64,000 nt of DNA from an uncultured delta proteobacterium (GTDB lineage: Bacteria; Myxococcota; Myxococcia; Myxococcales; Myxococcaceae), in the NCBI GenBank assembly GCA_963796055.1, contig CAWCKH010000004.1, positions 2,656,001-2,720,000 on the forward strand. The letters run 5' to 3'. Positions 11,084 through 19,838 of this stretch are shown here, piece after piece; positions within the stretch are counted from its first letter, which is position 1, and every line of letters starts with the position of its first letter. Under the pieces are notes generated by a model. That model had not been told where the DNA came from, searched no databases, and saw only the letters and a program-made list of their open reading frames with translations. The translations under genes were made by a program, and so were the position numbers.

Positions 11084-11167
11084 CGAGAGGTCGAGGCGGC
11101 CTGCCGTCCTGGGGCCACGGGGCGCCGTGGGTTCACTCTCCCCTCCCCACGGCGCCTCGTCTTTTTT
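11084..11167 (+). ncRNA. Candidate sigma54-dependent small RNA (~84 nt) with a C/U-rich terminal loop
   Basis: No credible ORF between the sigma54 promoter and an intrinsic terminator; loop UUCACUCUCCCCUC. Confidence 0.5.
11117..11167 (+). terminator. Rho-independent terminator
   Basis: 15-bp stem ACGGGGCGCCGTGGG / CCCACGGCGCCTCGT (one G-U pair), 14-nt loop, then CTTTTTT. Confidence 0.8.
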
Positions 11168-11173
11168 GGGGGC

Positions 11174-11971
11174 TCAGTAGCTGTCGCTCGAGCCGCCGCC
11201 GCCGCCCTCACCCCCGCCGCCGCCACCGAAGCCGCTTCCGCCTCCACCCCCGTCCCAGCCGCCTCCGCCTCCGCCTCCGCCTCCCCCGCCCCCGCCCCAG
11301 CCTCCGCCGATCCACGGGGGTCCACCCCAGTAGGTCCGCCGCCGGGGGTGCCGGCTGGCGCGAAGGAGCAGCATCAGCACCACGAAGAGGATGAAGCCCC
11401 AGAAGCAGACGTCGAACCAGTGCGGGAGGACCACGGGCGGTCTCTGCCAGTCGGCCGGGTGCTGCCCGGGCTGCCTGGCAGTGGTGGCCGTACCGGAGAG
11501 CGCCGCGGTGATGCCGTCGATGCCCGCGGCGATGGCGTCGTGGAGCCGACCCTCGCGCATCAGCGGGGCGATGCGCCGGCGAATGATGTCGTTGGACTGG
11601 AGATCGGTCAGGTCCCCGCCCACGCCCTTGCCGGTCTCGATGCGGATGCGACGCTCACCGGTGGCGATGATCAGCACCACCCCGTTGTCCTTGCCCTTCT
11701 GCCCGGGGTGCCAGGTCTGGATGAGCTGGTAGCCCACGTCCTCGATCGGCTCGCCCTCCAGCGAGGGGGTCACCAGCACGAAGATCTGGTTGGTGGACTG
11801 CCGCTCGTACTCACCGAGGCGGTTGTCGAGGTCGGCGAGCTCGGCGGCCGTCAGCGTGCCGGTCAGGTCGGTGACGTAGTCGGTCTGCTTCGGGACGTTG
11901 AACGCCCGGGCGGAACCGGCGGCGAGGAAGAGCAGGGTCGCGCAGAGCGGGCCCCAGGCCCGCCCTTGCAT
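11174..11971 (-). CDS. TPM-domain (YgcG-like) protein with Gly-rich tail
   Basis: YVTDLTGTL, GQKGKDNGVVLII, RIRIETGKG, a TM helix and a poly-Gly end; overlaps the lemA stop by 1 nt. Confidence 0.9.
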   Translation of the reverse strand: MQGRAWGPLCATLLFLAAGSARAFNVPKQTDYVTDLTGTLTAAELADLDNRLGEYERQSTNQIFVLVTPSLEGEPIEDVGYQLIQTWHPGQKGKDNGVVLIIATGERRIRIETGKGVGGDLTDLQSNDIIRRRIAPLMREGRLHDAIAAGIDGITAALSGTATTARQPGQHPADWQRPPVVLPHWFDVCFWGFILFVVLMLLLRASRHPRRRTYWGGPPWIGGGWGGGGGGGGGGGGGWDGGGGGSGFGGGGGGEGGGGGSSDSY

Positions 11972-12564
11972 CAGAAGGTCACCTTGGGCGCCTGCTGCGC
12001 GTCCGACGAAGCCTGGAAGTAGACCCGAGGCTTGAACGTGCCGCCCGTCGCCCGCTTGACCACCGCGCCCCGGATCTTCCCGAGCTCGGTGTTGTAGTCA
12101 CGCACGGCCTCATTGTACTGCTCGCGCGCCCGCAAGATGCGGTTCTCGGTTCCCTCGAGCTGTACTTGAAGGTCGTGGAACTGTGCGTTGGCCTTGAGGT
12201 CGGGGTAGGCCTCGTTGGCCACCAGCAATCGGGAGAGCGCGCCCCGGAGCTGATCCTGTGCCTTCTGGAAGGCAGCAACCTTCTCCGGGTCCTGAAGGTC
12301 CTCGGCGCTGAGCGTGATGCCGGTCGCACGGGCCCGGGCCTCGGTCACCTCGGCGAGCGTCTTCTCCTCGTGCTGGGCCGAGGCCTTCACCGTGGCCACG
12401 AGATTGGGCACCAGGTCCGCCCGGCGCTGCAGCTGTGCCTGGTAGTCCGCCCACCTGGCGTCACAGACCTGGTCCTTGGCGATCAGCTGGTCGTACTGGT
12501 TGCAACCAGCCAGGGCGAACAGTCCCACGGCGGCCATGAGGGCGATGGGGGCGCGGGTCGTCAT
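11971..12564 (-). CDS. lemA: LemA family protein
   Basis: LQRRADLVPNLV, YPDLKAN, LEGTENRI, YNEAVRDYN; lipobox-like LAGC. Confidence 0.92.
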   Translation of the reverse strand: MTTRAPIALMAAVGLFALAGCNQYDQLIAKDQVCDARWADYQAQLQRRADLVPNLVATVKASAQHEEKTLAEVTEARARATGITLSAEDLQDPEKVAAFQKAQDQLRGALSRLLVANEAYPDLKANAQFHDLQVQLEGTENRILRAREQYNEAVRDYNTELGKIRGAVVKRATGGTFKPRVYFQASSDAQQAPKVTF

Positions 12565-12695
12565 GGCGACACCCTAACGCCCACCATGTGCGCACGCGCA
12601 AGCGAACTTTCGGACGGGGGTGTGCGTCCCCATCGGGCGGGCAAGCAGACGCAAGTCCCTTCGGGACATTAGGATTCCGCTCGTACCCGTTGCCG

Positions 12696-14652
12696 ATGCG
12701 ACCTGCCCCTTCCACGCCGACGCGCTCAGCGTGGGCGCGCACACCCGTGCCGCGTCCGCCCCGCGCCCGGCGGCGCGCGCGCCGTCGCCGGTGGATGCAG
12801 CGCGCGGCGGTGGTCGCACTCGCGCTCCTCAGCGCCATCACCGTCCTCCACTCGGTCCTCAACTCGTCGATGGTGCGCTCGCGCCTCCGGGACAAGGTCG
12901 AGGCGGCGCTGGCGGCGCGCCTCGGCGGGGCGGAGCTGGGCAGCCACAGCGACGTGGACTGGGGTCTGCGTCTCAGCTTCGGGCCGGTGCGCATCTCTCC
13001 CGAGCCGGGCGCCCCGGTGGTGCTGGAGATGGAGCGGGTGCGCGTGCGCCCGCGGTGGACGGCGCTGCTCGCCGGCCGGCTCGAGCCAGGCCTGGTCCAG
13101 CTGCGCACGGTGGTGGTGCGCCCGGGCACCCAGCTCGAGGGCCTCCGCGCGCTCGCCAGGCGCCTGCAGTCGAAGCCCGCTGCTCCCGGCAAGGAGACCC
13201 CTGCCTCGGCCGTCGGTGGAGCGCGTCTGCCGCGGCTGGAGGTCCAGGACCTGCGCGTCGAGCTGGTGTCCAGCCAGGACGGCCATCCGCTCGATCTCGG
13301 GGCGTGGGACGCGCAGGTGGAGATCTCCGGTGGGGCCTCGGGCCGGGTGCTCGAGGTGGCGGTGCAGCGCGACGGCGGAGGCGAAGCACGCTCCACCGTG
13401 CGCTGGGCCCGGGAGCAGCCCTTCCAGGTCGAGGCCGCACTCGAGGGGATGCCGCTCCGTCCGCTCATCGAGCTGATCGGTCAAAGGGTGGGAGTGCGCG
13501 CCACCGCCGGCTCGGTCACCGGGCGCATCAAGGGGCTGTTGCCCGCAGATCTCAAGCGCGGCGAGCTGGAGGTCTCCGGCCGCATCGACGGCCTCTTCCT
13601 CGAGGGCACCCGTCTGGCCACCGAGCCCGTTGGGCCGTGGCGACTGTCGGGCGCGGGCACGGTGGACTGGGACAGAGGGGCGCGCGAGGTGCGGCTCCGC
13701 GACGGCCACATCGGCTTCGGCGAGAACGACTCGCTCCGGGTCAACCTCGAAGGCGTGTACGAGGGCACGCGGGCGCCCCGGTTCCGGGCCGAGGCGCGGG
13801 TGGACCAGCTCCGGTACCAGGACGCAGTCGATGCGTTGCCCCCGCAGTTCAGCCTCGGAGACGAGGCGCCGCGGATCCCCGGGCTGCTCGATGCGCGGGT
13901 CCGAGTCTCGGGGCCGGTGCGCGATCCCGAGCAGTGGCTCCTCGACGTGAAGCTGGACCTGGCCGGCCTGCGCGCCGCCTCCAAGACGACGCCATTCTTC
14001 CTCCGGGGCCCCTTCATCTACCGGCCGGTGGATGCGGCGGGGCACAGCCGCGAGATTCTGGGTGGGCCCGCAGAACCCGAACTTCGTCCCGATCTCGGAC
14101 CTGCCCCGGTACGTGTCGCGCGCGGTCACCACCAGCGAGGATGCCGGATTCTGGTTCCACTCCGGCTTCGACTTCGACGAGATGAAGGAGAGCATCATCG
14201 ACGCCGCCGAGGGCAGCCGGGTCCGCGGGGCGTCCACGCTCACCCAGCAGCTGGCGAAGAACCTGTTCCTCTCGCGCGAGCGCACCTTCGCCCGGAAGGT
14301 CCGCGAGGCGCTGTTCACCGTGGCGCTGGAGGCCTCGCTGCCCAAGTCGCGGCTGATGGAGATCTACCTGAACATCATCGAGTGGGGCCCGGGCATCTAC
14401 GGTCTCGGAGAGGCGTCGCGGCACTACTTCGGGGTGAACCCGCGGAACCTCGGCGTGCAGCAGGCAGCCTTCCTGGCGACCATCATCCCCAACCCGGTGC
14501 GCTACCACTTCATGTACGAGAAGGGCCGGGTCACGCCCGCATGGCAGCACAAGATCCGGAACCTCATCCAGAAGCTGGAGTCGAACGGGATCATCGACTC
14601 GACGCAGGCGTTTCAGGCCGAGTTCACGCCGGTGAGGTTCCGCAAGGACTGA
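12696..14652 (+). CDS. Peptidoglycan transglycosylase (GT51, MtgA-like) with a long N-terminal periplasmic region; +1 frameshift near 14060
   Basis: N-terminal TM segment; C-terminal frame has SEDAGFWFHSG, RGASTLTQQLAKNLFL, RKVREAL, KSRLMEIYLNIIEWG. Removing one G from CTGGGTGGG joins the frames. Confidence 0.85.
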
Positions 14653-14729
14653 GCCCTGAGCCGGGTGCTGGGAACTTCAATCCTTCCATCGGGTTGCGCG
14701 CCCCCACCGGTGCGTTACCTCTTTCAATC

Positions 14730-14939
14730 ATGTTGAACGGCACTTTCGATCGTCAGGAGGAGACCGCCGACTTCACCCTCCCCACCGGCTGTCCGCTGTG
14801 CGGTGGGGAGCTGGCCGTGCGGATGACTCCTGGCACCAGCTACAGCTACTGCGCGCATTGCCACTGGCTCTCGCGTTCGCACGTGGCAGTGGGGGCGAAC
14901 AGCGTGCGCGTCGGGCATCCGCCCGGCGGGCTCGGCTGA
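14730..14939 (+). CDS. Small zinc-ribbon-like protein (CxxC-x16-CxxC)
   Basis: 69 aa: MLNGTF...GCPLCGGELAVR...YCAHCHWLSR. Confidence 0.65.
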   Translation: MLNGTFDRQEETADFTLPTGCPLCGGELAVRMTPGTSYSYCAHCHWLSRSHVAVGANSVRVGHPPGGLG

Positions 14940-14990
14940 CAACCCCGGTCTGTCGCGGCGCCCCGGGCTCCCGGGGCTGACCGCCATCCT

Positions 14991-15758
14991 TCACACTCCG
15001 AGAAAGGCCGGAAGCAACGTCCCGCTCGGGCCTTCCCGGACATGGTCGAACCGGCCGGCGTTGTCGGCCCGCTCGGCGTTCACCAGCCAGGTCTCCGCTC
15101 CCCGGGAGCGAGCCACGTCGACGAATCCCGCCGCCGGCCACACCGCGCCGGACGTCCCCGCGGCGAGGAACACCAGGCGCCCTCTCCGCCAGCGCTCGAG
15201 GAAGTCGTCCACGGCCTCGAGGTGCGTGGGATCCAGAGCCTCCCCGAACCACACCACCGCCGGCCGGAGCGGCGCGCGGCAACGCTCGCACCGCGGCACC
15301 GTTCCTTCCGGGTAGGCCGTCTCGTCCGGCGTCTCGGGCCGGTCGCACCCGGAGCAGCGGGTGCCGAGCAGCCGGCCGTGGATCTCGATCAGTCGCTGGC
15401 TGCCGGCGCGCCGGTGCAGTCCGTCCACGTTCTGGGTCACGAGCAGGAACCGCTCGCCCATCCGCCGCTCTGCCTCCGCGAGCGCCCGGTGCCCGGCATT
15501 GGGCCGGGCAGACAGCGCGACCTCGCGCCGCTCCGAGTAGAAGCGCCACACCAGCGCCGGGTCGGAATGGAAGCCCTCCGGCGAGGCGAGCCGCTCGAAG
15601 GCGTGCGAACGCCACAGTCCGCCCGAGCCCCGGTAGGTGGGCAGCCCGCTCTCGGCCGAGACCCCCGCGCCGGTGAGAACCAGGAGCGCGGAGTCGGGAC
15701 CGAGCCGGAGCCCTCCCTCAGCGGATGAAGTAGCCGGCACCACGGAATCGCCCACCAT
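14991..15758 (-). CDS. cobB: NAD-dependent protein deacylase (Sir2/CobB)
   Basis: TGAGVSAESG, PNAGH, TQNVDGLH, IHG, two CxxC, RPAVVWFGE, GTSGAV; start position uncertain. Confidence 0.9.
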   Translation of the reverse strand: MVGDSVVPATSSAEGGLRLGPDSALLVLTGAGVSAESGLPTYRGSGGLWRSHAFERLASPEGFHSDPALVWRFYSERREVALSARPNAGHRALAEAERRMGERFLLVTQNVDGLHRRAGSQRLIEIHGRLLGTRCSGCDRPETPDETAYPEGTVPRCERCRAPLRPAVVWFGEALDPTHLEAVDDFLERWRRGRLVFLAAGTSGAVWPAAGFVDVARSRGAETWLVNAERADNAGRFDHVREGPSGTLLPAFLGV

Positions 15759-16131
15759 CCAGCATCACGGTCACCGTCTCGTGGCCCCGCTCCTTGTGCT
15801 CGAAGCGAGTGTCGTAGACGAGCACGACGTAGGTCCCGTCGGGCGCGCCCGGCAGCTCGTGGGTGAGCTGCTTCGAGGCGAGCTTCCGCGCCATGACCTT
15901 GCCCAGCGGCTCACGGGCCGCCCGGGCCTGCTGCTCCCACGCCGGCCGGGAGACGGCCTTCCGGAACATCGCCGAGGCCTCGTCCCACGACGCACCGTAC
16001 TGGCCGGCGTCGATGAGCTTCAGCCACGCGTCGGCCGCCTGCGCCCCGGTGGCCTCGTTCGCCTCGGCCGCTCCGGCCACGCCTGGCGCGGCGGCGAGAA
16101 GGAGGCAGGTCAGCGCGAAGGTACGAGTCAT
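15718..16131 (-). CDS. Secreted DUF4019-like protein
   Basis: Signal peptide; AWLKLIDAGQYGASWDEA, R-PLG, LPGAPDGTYVV, ETVTV, GYFIR. Confidence 0.8.
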   Translation of the reverse strand: MTRTFALTCLLLAAAPGVAGAAEANEATGAQAADAWLKLIDAGQYGASWDEASAMFRKAVSRPAWEQQARAAREPLGKVMARKLASKQLTHELPGAPDGTYVVLVYDTRFEHKERGHETVTVMLDGGRFRGAGYFIR

Positions 16132-16229
16132 GGGTCACTCCCTGTGAACCGGAGCATGCCCGAGCCGGAGCCCAGGTCCAGCCCGGCGCGCACCGCCCTC
16201 GAGCTCGGCGGGTGAAGCGGTGACGCCGC

Positions 16230-17498
16230 TCAGTGGACGTCGCTGACCGGCGCGCGTCCGTTACCCTCCGGCTCCGCTCCCTCGCCTGTGTCGGCCAGCC
16301 CGGAGAGCCGCCGGCGTCCCCGCCCGAAGTCCACCGGCAGCTCGAGCATCGACGGATCGAGCTCGGACAGCGAGCCGCAGCCCAGCAGCCGCAGCGTGCG
16401 ATGGAGGTCGGCGGTGAGGATCTCGATCGCCCGGCTCACCCCGGCGCTCCCGGCCGCCCCCAGCCCGTAGGCGTACGCCCGGCCGATGAGCACCGCGCGC
16501 GCCCCGAGGAGCAGGGCCTTCACGATGTCGCTTCCCCGCCGGATGCCTCCATCCATCAGCACCTCGGTGCGGCCCCGGACCGCGGCCACCACCTCCGGGA
16601 GGGCCCGCAGGCTGGGCAGGACGCCGTCGAGCTGCCGGCCTCCGTGGTTGGAGACGATGACCGCCGCCACCCCCTCGTCCACCGCCCGCTGGGCGTCCTC
16701 GGCGGTGAGGATTCCCTTGATGACGATGGGCCCCTTCCAGATCTCCCGGATCCAACGGAGGTCCTCCCAGGAAACCACCGATTGCTCGAGCGCCGCGGCC
16801 ACCGCCGCGTAGCGCATCGGCCCGTCCGGCAGCGCCACGTTGGGAAAGGACATGAGCCCGCCATCGCCGAGGTAGCCCAGGAGCCATCCCGGTCGAGAGA
16901 GGATCTGCCAGACGTAGGGCAGCTTCCGGAACGGGTTGGCCGCGAGGAGCTGGGCGATGCCGTTTCGGTAGTCGCGCTCGCGGAGTCCGGAGATGGCGGT
17001 GTCCACGGTGAGCACCAGCGCGCCGTAGCCCGCCCGCCGCGCACGCTCGATCGCGGCGCTCGCCACCTCCCGGCCTCCGACCAGGTACACCTGATACCAG
17101 CACACCCCGGTGCTCCCGGCCTTGACCTCCTCCAGCGACGTCCCGGCGAGGGTGGAGAGGATGTAGCCCGTGCCCGCCGCGCCCGCGGCACGCGCGGCCT
17201 CGACCTCGCCCTTCGGGTAGAGCAGACGGGTGCTCCCCACCGGGGCGAGGAGGAACGGCAGCGAGAACCGCTGCCCCAGCACCGTGGTCTCCAGGCTCGC
17301 CCGCGGGGAGGCCACCGCGCCCCGGGGACGGAAGAGGACCTCGTCGAAGACGGAGCTGTTTGCGCGGAGCGTGGCCTCCGCATCGGCGCCGCCATCGACG
17401 TAGTCGAAGACGACGCGAGGCAGGCGTCGCGTCGCCGCGCGCCGCAGGTCGGCGATGTTCAGGACCGCGGGAGGTGCCACCGTCCGGGCCAGTGACAT
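16230..17498 (-). CDS. FMN-dependent alpha-hydroxy-acid oxidase/dehydrogenase (LldD-like)
   Basis: FDYVDGGA, LTVD, IKGI, SNHGGRQLD, DGGIRRGSDIVKAL; AAGGAG RBS before ATG 17498. Confidence 0.92.
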   Translation of the reverse strand: MSLARTVAPPAVLNIADLRRAATRRLPRVVFDYVDGGADAEATLRANSSVFDEVLFRPRGAVASPRASLETTVLGQRFSLPFLLAPVGSTRLLYPKGEVEAARAAGAAGTGYILSTLAGTSLEEVKAGSTGVCWYQVYLVGGREVASAAIERARRAGYGALVLTVDTAISGLRERDYRNGIAQLLAANPFRKLPYVWQILSRPGWLLGYLGDGGLMSFPNVALPDGPMRYAAVAAALEQSVVSWEDLRWIREIWKGPIVIKGILTAEDAQRAVDEGVAAVIVSNHGGRQLDGVLPSLRALPEVVAAVRGRTEVLMDGGIRRGSDIVKALLLGARAVLIGRAYAYGLGAAGSAGVSRAIEILTADLHRTLRLLGCGSLSELDPSMLELPVDFGRGRRRLSGLADTGEGAEPEGNGRAPVSDVH

Positions 17499-17607
17499 GG
17501 ACGCTCCTTTCCGGGGCATCCGGAGAAGACTCCGCCGGGGGAGCCGAGGAAAGCGCTTTCTGCAGGGCCGCGGACGCCTGCAAGCCAGGCGCGCGCCCGC
17601 GATGTCT

Positions 17608-18807
17608 TCAGGCCGGCGCCGCTCCCCGCCGCGCCAGGTGGGTCACTGCCTCGCCCAGGCCGCCGAGCGTCAGCGGGAACATCGGGAACACCCTCCGGAT
17701 GGTGCGGACCGTCTGCGCCCACCAGGCGCTCTGCGGCTCGGGATTCAGCCAGGCGTGCCGGTGGAAGTGCTCGGCCAGCTGCATCAGCCAGACGATGCCC
17801 TCCGGCCCATCGGGGTCGAACAGGTCCGCGCCGCTCGAGCGCAGCATCAGCTCGTAGGGCGCCATCAGCGCGTCGCCCACCAGCACCAGCTTCCAGTGCG
17901 GGCCGCAGTCGGCGAGCAGGCTCGGCAGCGGGATGGGGTCGGAGAAGCGCTCGGTCCGGTACACCCGGCCGTAGACGCAGTTGTGGAAGTAGTAGGTCCG
18001 CAGCTCCTTGAAGTGCGTGGCCTGCCTGGCCGCGCTGAAGAGCCGGTCCACGACGTGGGCGTACGGGGTCATCGACCCGCCCACGTCGAGAAGGAGCAGC
18101 ACCCGGGTGTCCGGTCGCCGCGGAGGCCGCAGCACCACCTCCAGCTCGCCCGCGTTCCGGGCCGTGGCGTCGATGGTCTCCTCCAGGTCCAGCTCGTCCG
18201 GGGCGCCCTCGCGGGTGAAGGCCCGGAGCTTCCGCAGCGCCATCCCCATCGCCCGGGTATCCAGCACCTGGTCGTCCCGGTAGCCGCGGTAGAGCCGCGC
18301 ATCGGCGGTCTTCAGCGCGCTCCGGCCGCCGCCCTCACCCTCGATGCGGAACCCCTGGGGTGCGCCTGGCTTCCCGGAGTGGCCGAAGGGCGACGTCCCC
18401 CGGGTGCCGATCCACCGGTTGCCGCCGTCGTGTCGCTCGCGCTGCTCGCGCATCCGCTGCTCGAACAGCGCCTGCAGGGTCGCCACGTCGAGCGCGTCCA
18501 GCGCCGCCGACTCCTCCGCGGTGCGCTCCCGGGGAGGCTTGCCCGCCGCATCCTGGAGCCACTGGAGGAGTTCCTCTGCCAGCGCCTCTCCCTTCTCCTC
18601 GATGCCCTTGAAGTGCGCGAGGAACGCCTGGTCGAAGGCATCCAGATGCGCCTCGGTGTGGACGCAGAGCGCCCGGGCGACGTCGTAGAAACCTTCCAGC
18701 GAGCTGTCGTGCAGGCCGACCTCCAGGGCCCGGGCCAGCGCCAGCGCCTCCTGGGCCCCCACCGGGACCTTTCGCCGCCTCAGCTCGTAGAGGAATCCGA
18801 CGAACAT
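17608..18807 (-). CDS. VWA-domain (CoxE-like) protein, MoxR partner
   Basis: HDGGNRWIGTRGTSPFG, ELDLEETI, MIDAS-like DVGGSM, YFHNCVY, VGDALM, WLNP. Confidence 0.88.
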   Translation of the reverse strand: MFVGFLYELRRRKVPVGAQEALALARALEVGLHDSSLEGFYDVARALCVHTEAHLDAFDQAFLAHFKGIEEKGEALAEELLQWLQDAAGKPPRERTAEESAALDALDVATLQALFEQRMREQRERHDGGNRWIGTRGTSPFGHSGKPGAPQGFRIEGEGGGRSALKTADARLYRGYRDDQVLDTRAMGMALRKLRAFTREGAPDELDLEETIDATARNAGELEVVLRPPRRPDTRVLLLLDVGGSMTPYAHVVDRLFSAARQATHFKELRTYYFHNCVYGRVYRTERFSDPIPLPSLLADCGPHWKLVLVGDALMAPYELMLRSSGADLFDPDGPEGIVWLMQLAEHFHRHAWLNPEPQSAWWAQTVRTIRRVFPMFPLTLGGLGEAVTHLARRGAAPA

Positions 18808-18811
18808 CTAT

Positions 18812-18997
18812 CTAGTGCTCCGACCGGGGTGTGCTGATCGCTGCGGCGGCCGATCCTCTCGCTGCGAAGCGCAGCCTCGTCGCTCCGCCGCTCGACGTAC
18901 CTCGAGGTACGCCTCCGATGCTCGTTCCTCGGGTGCGCCGTCTCGCTCCGGTCTCGGCCACCTCGCTGTGCTCACCACACCCAGGTCGGAGCACTGG
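18812..18997. mobile_element. MITE/REPIN-like fold-back element (~186 bp)
   Basis: 24-bp terminal inverted repeats (18814-18837 and 18972-18995; 22/24 match) and a perfect central palindrome CGTACCTCGAGGTACG (18896-18911); no credible ORF. Confidence 0.75.
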
Positions 18998-18998
18998 C

Positions 18999-19838
18999 TC
19001 ACCCCCGCGCCCGGCGCGCTCCGGCCGCCTCGGCGAAGGCCTCGAGGTCCTGCTCCTTCTTGAGCAGCGCGCCCACGAAGGGCAGCTGCGCCTCGAGCTT
19101 CACGCTCTTCACCCCCGCGGCCTGGAGCACGGCCAGCCAGTCCACCAGCTCGCTGGTGCTCGGGCGCTTGCGGAGGCGGGTCAGCGCGCGCAGCTGGAAG
19201 AAGACCTCCAGCGCCTGGTCGACCAGGTCGTCCTCCAGCGAGGGGTGGTGCACCCGGACGATGCGCTTCATCAGCTCGCTGTCCGGGAAGTCGATGAAGT
19301 GGAACACGCATCGGCGGAGGAAGGCGTCCGGCAGCTCCTTCTCGTTGTTGCTGGTGATGACCACCACCGGCCGCTCGGCAGCGACGATCTCCTCCTCGGT
19401 CTCCATCACCCGGAACCGCATCCGGTCCAGCTCGTGGAGCAGGTCGTTGGGGAACTCGAGGTCCGCCTTGTCCACCTCGTCGATGAGCAGCACCACCCGG
19501 CTCATGGAGCGGAACGCCTGTCCGAGCGGCCCCCAGCGGATGTAGTGGGCCACGTCCTTCACGTCGCCCTCGCCGAAGCGGCTGTCGTGCAGGCGCTGCA
19601 CGGTGTCGTAGACGTAGAGGCCGTCCTGGGCGCGGGTGGTGCTCTTCACGTGCCAGGTGAGGAGCGGCAGCCGCAGTGCGGTGGCGATGGCCTCGGCGAG
19701 CAGGGTCTTGCCGGTGCCTGGCTCGCCCTTGACCAGCAGCGGCCGCTCGAGGGCAAGCGCGCAGTTCACCGCGGCCTGCAGCGCGGGATTGGTCAGGTAG
19801 CGGTCGGTGCCGGTGAAGCGCTTGAAGGCGATGGGCAT
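18999..19838 (-). CDS. MoxR family AAA+ ATPase
   Basis: GEPGTGKT, YDTVQRLHDS, LLIDEVDKADLEFPNDLL, TSNNEKELPDAFLRRC. Confidence 0.92.
   Translation of the reverse strand: MPIAFKRFTGTDRYLTNPALQAAVNCALALERPLLVKGEPGTGKTLLAEAIATALRLPLLTWHVKSTTRAQDGLYVYDTVQRLHDSRFGEGDVKDVAHYIRWGPLGQAFRSMSRVVLLIDEVDKADLEFPNDLLHELDRMRFRVMETEEEIVAAERPVVVITSNNEKELPDAFLRRCVFHFIDFPDSELMKRIVRVHHPSLEDDLVDQALEVFFQLRALTRLRKRPSTSELVDWLAVLQAAGVKSVKLEAQLPFVGALLKKEQDLEAFAEAAGARRARG

Noticed and set aside
11190..11312. GCC/CCG-rich tandem repeats
   Set aside because: They encode the ordinary poly-Gly tail of the TPM-domain protein.
14991..15758. Sir2 protein as an anti-phage (Thoeris/DSR-type) effector
   Set aside because: It is a compact zinc-binding CobB-type deacylase with no fused or neighbouring defence domains.
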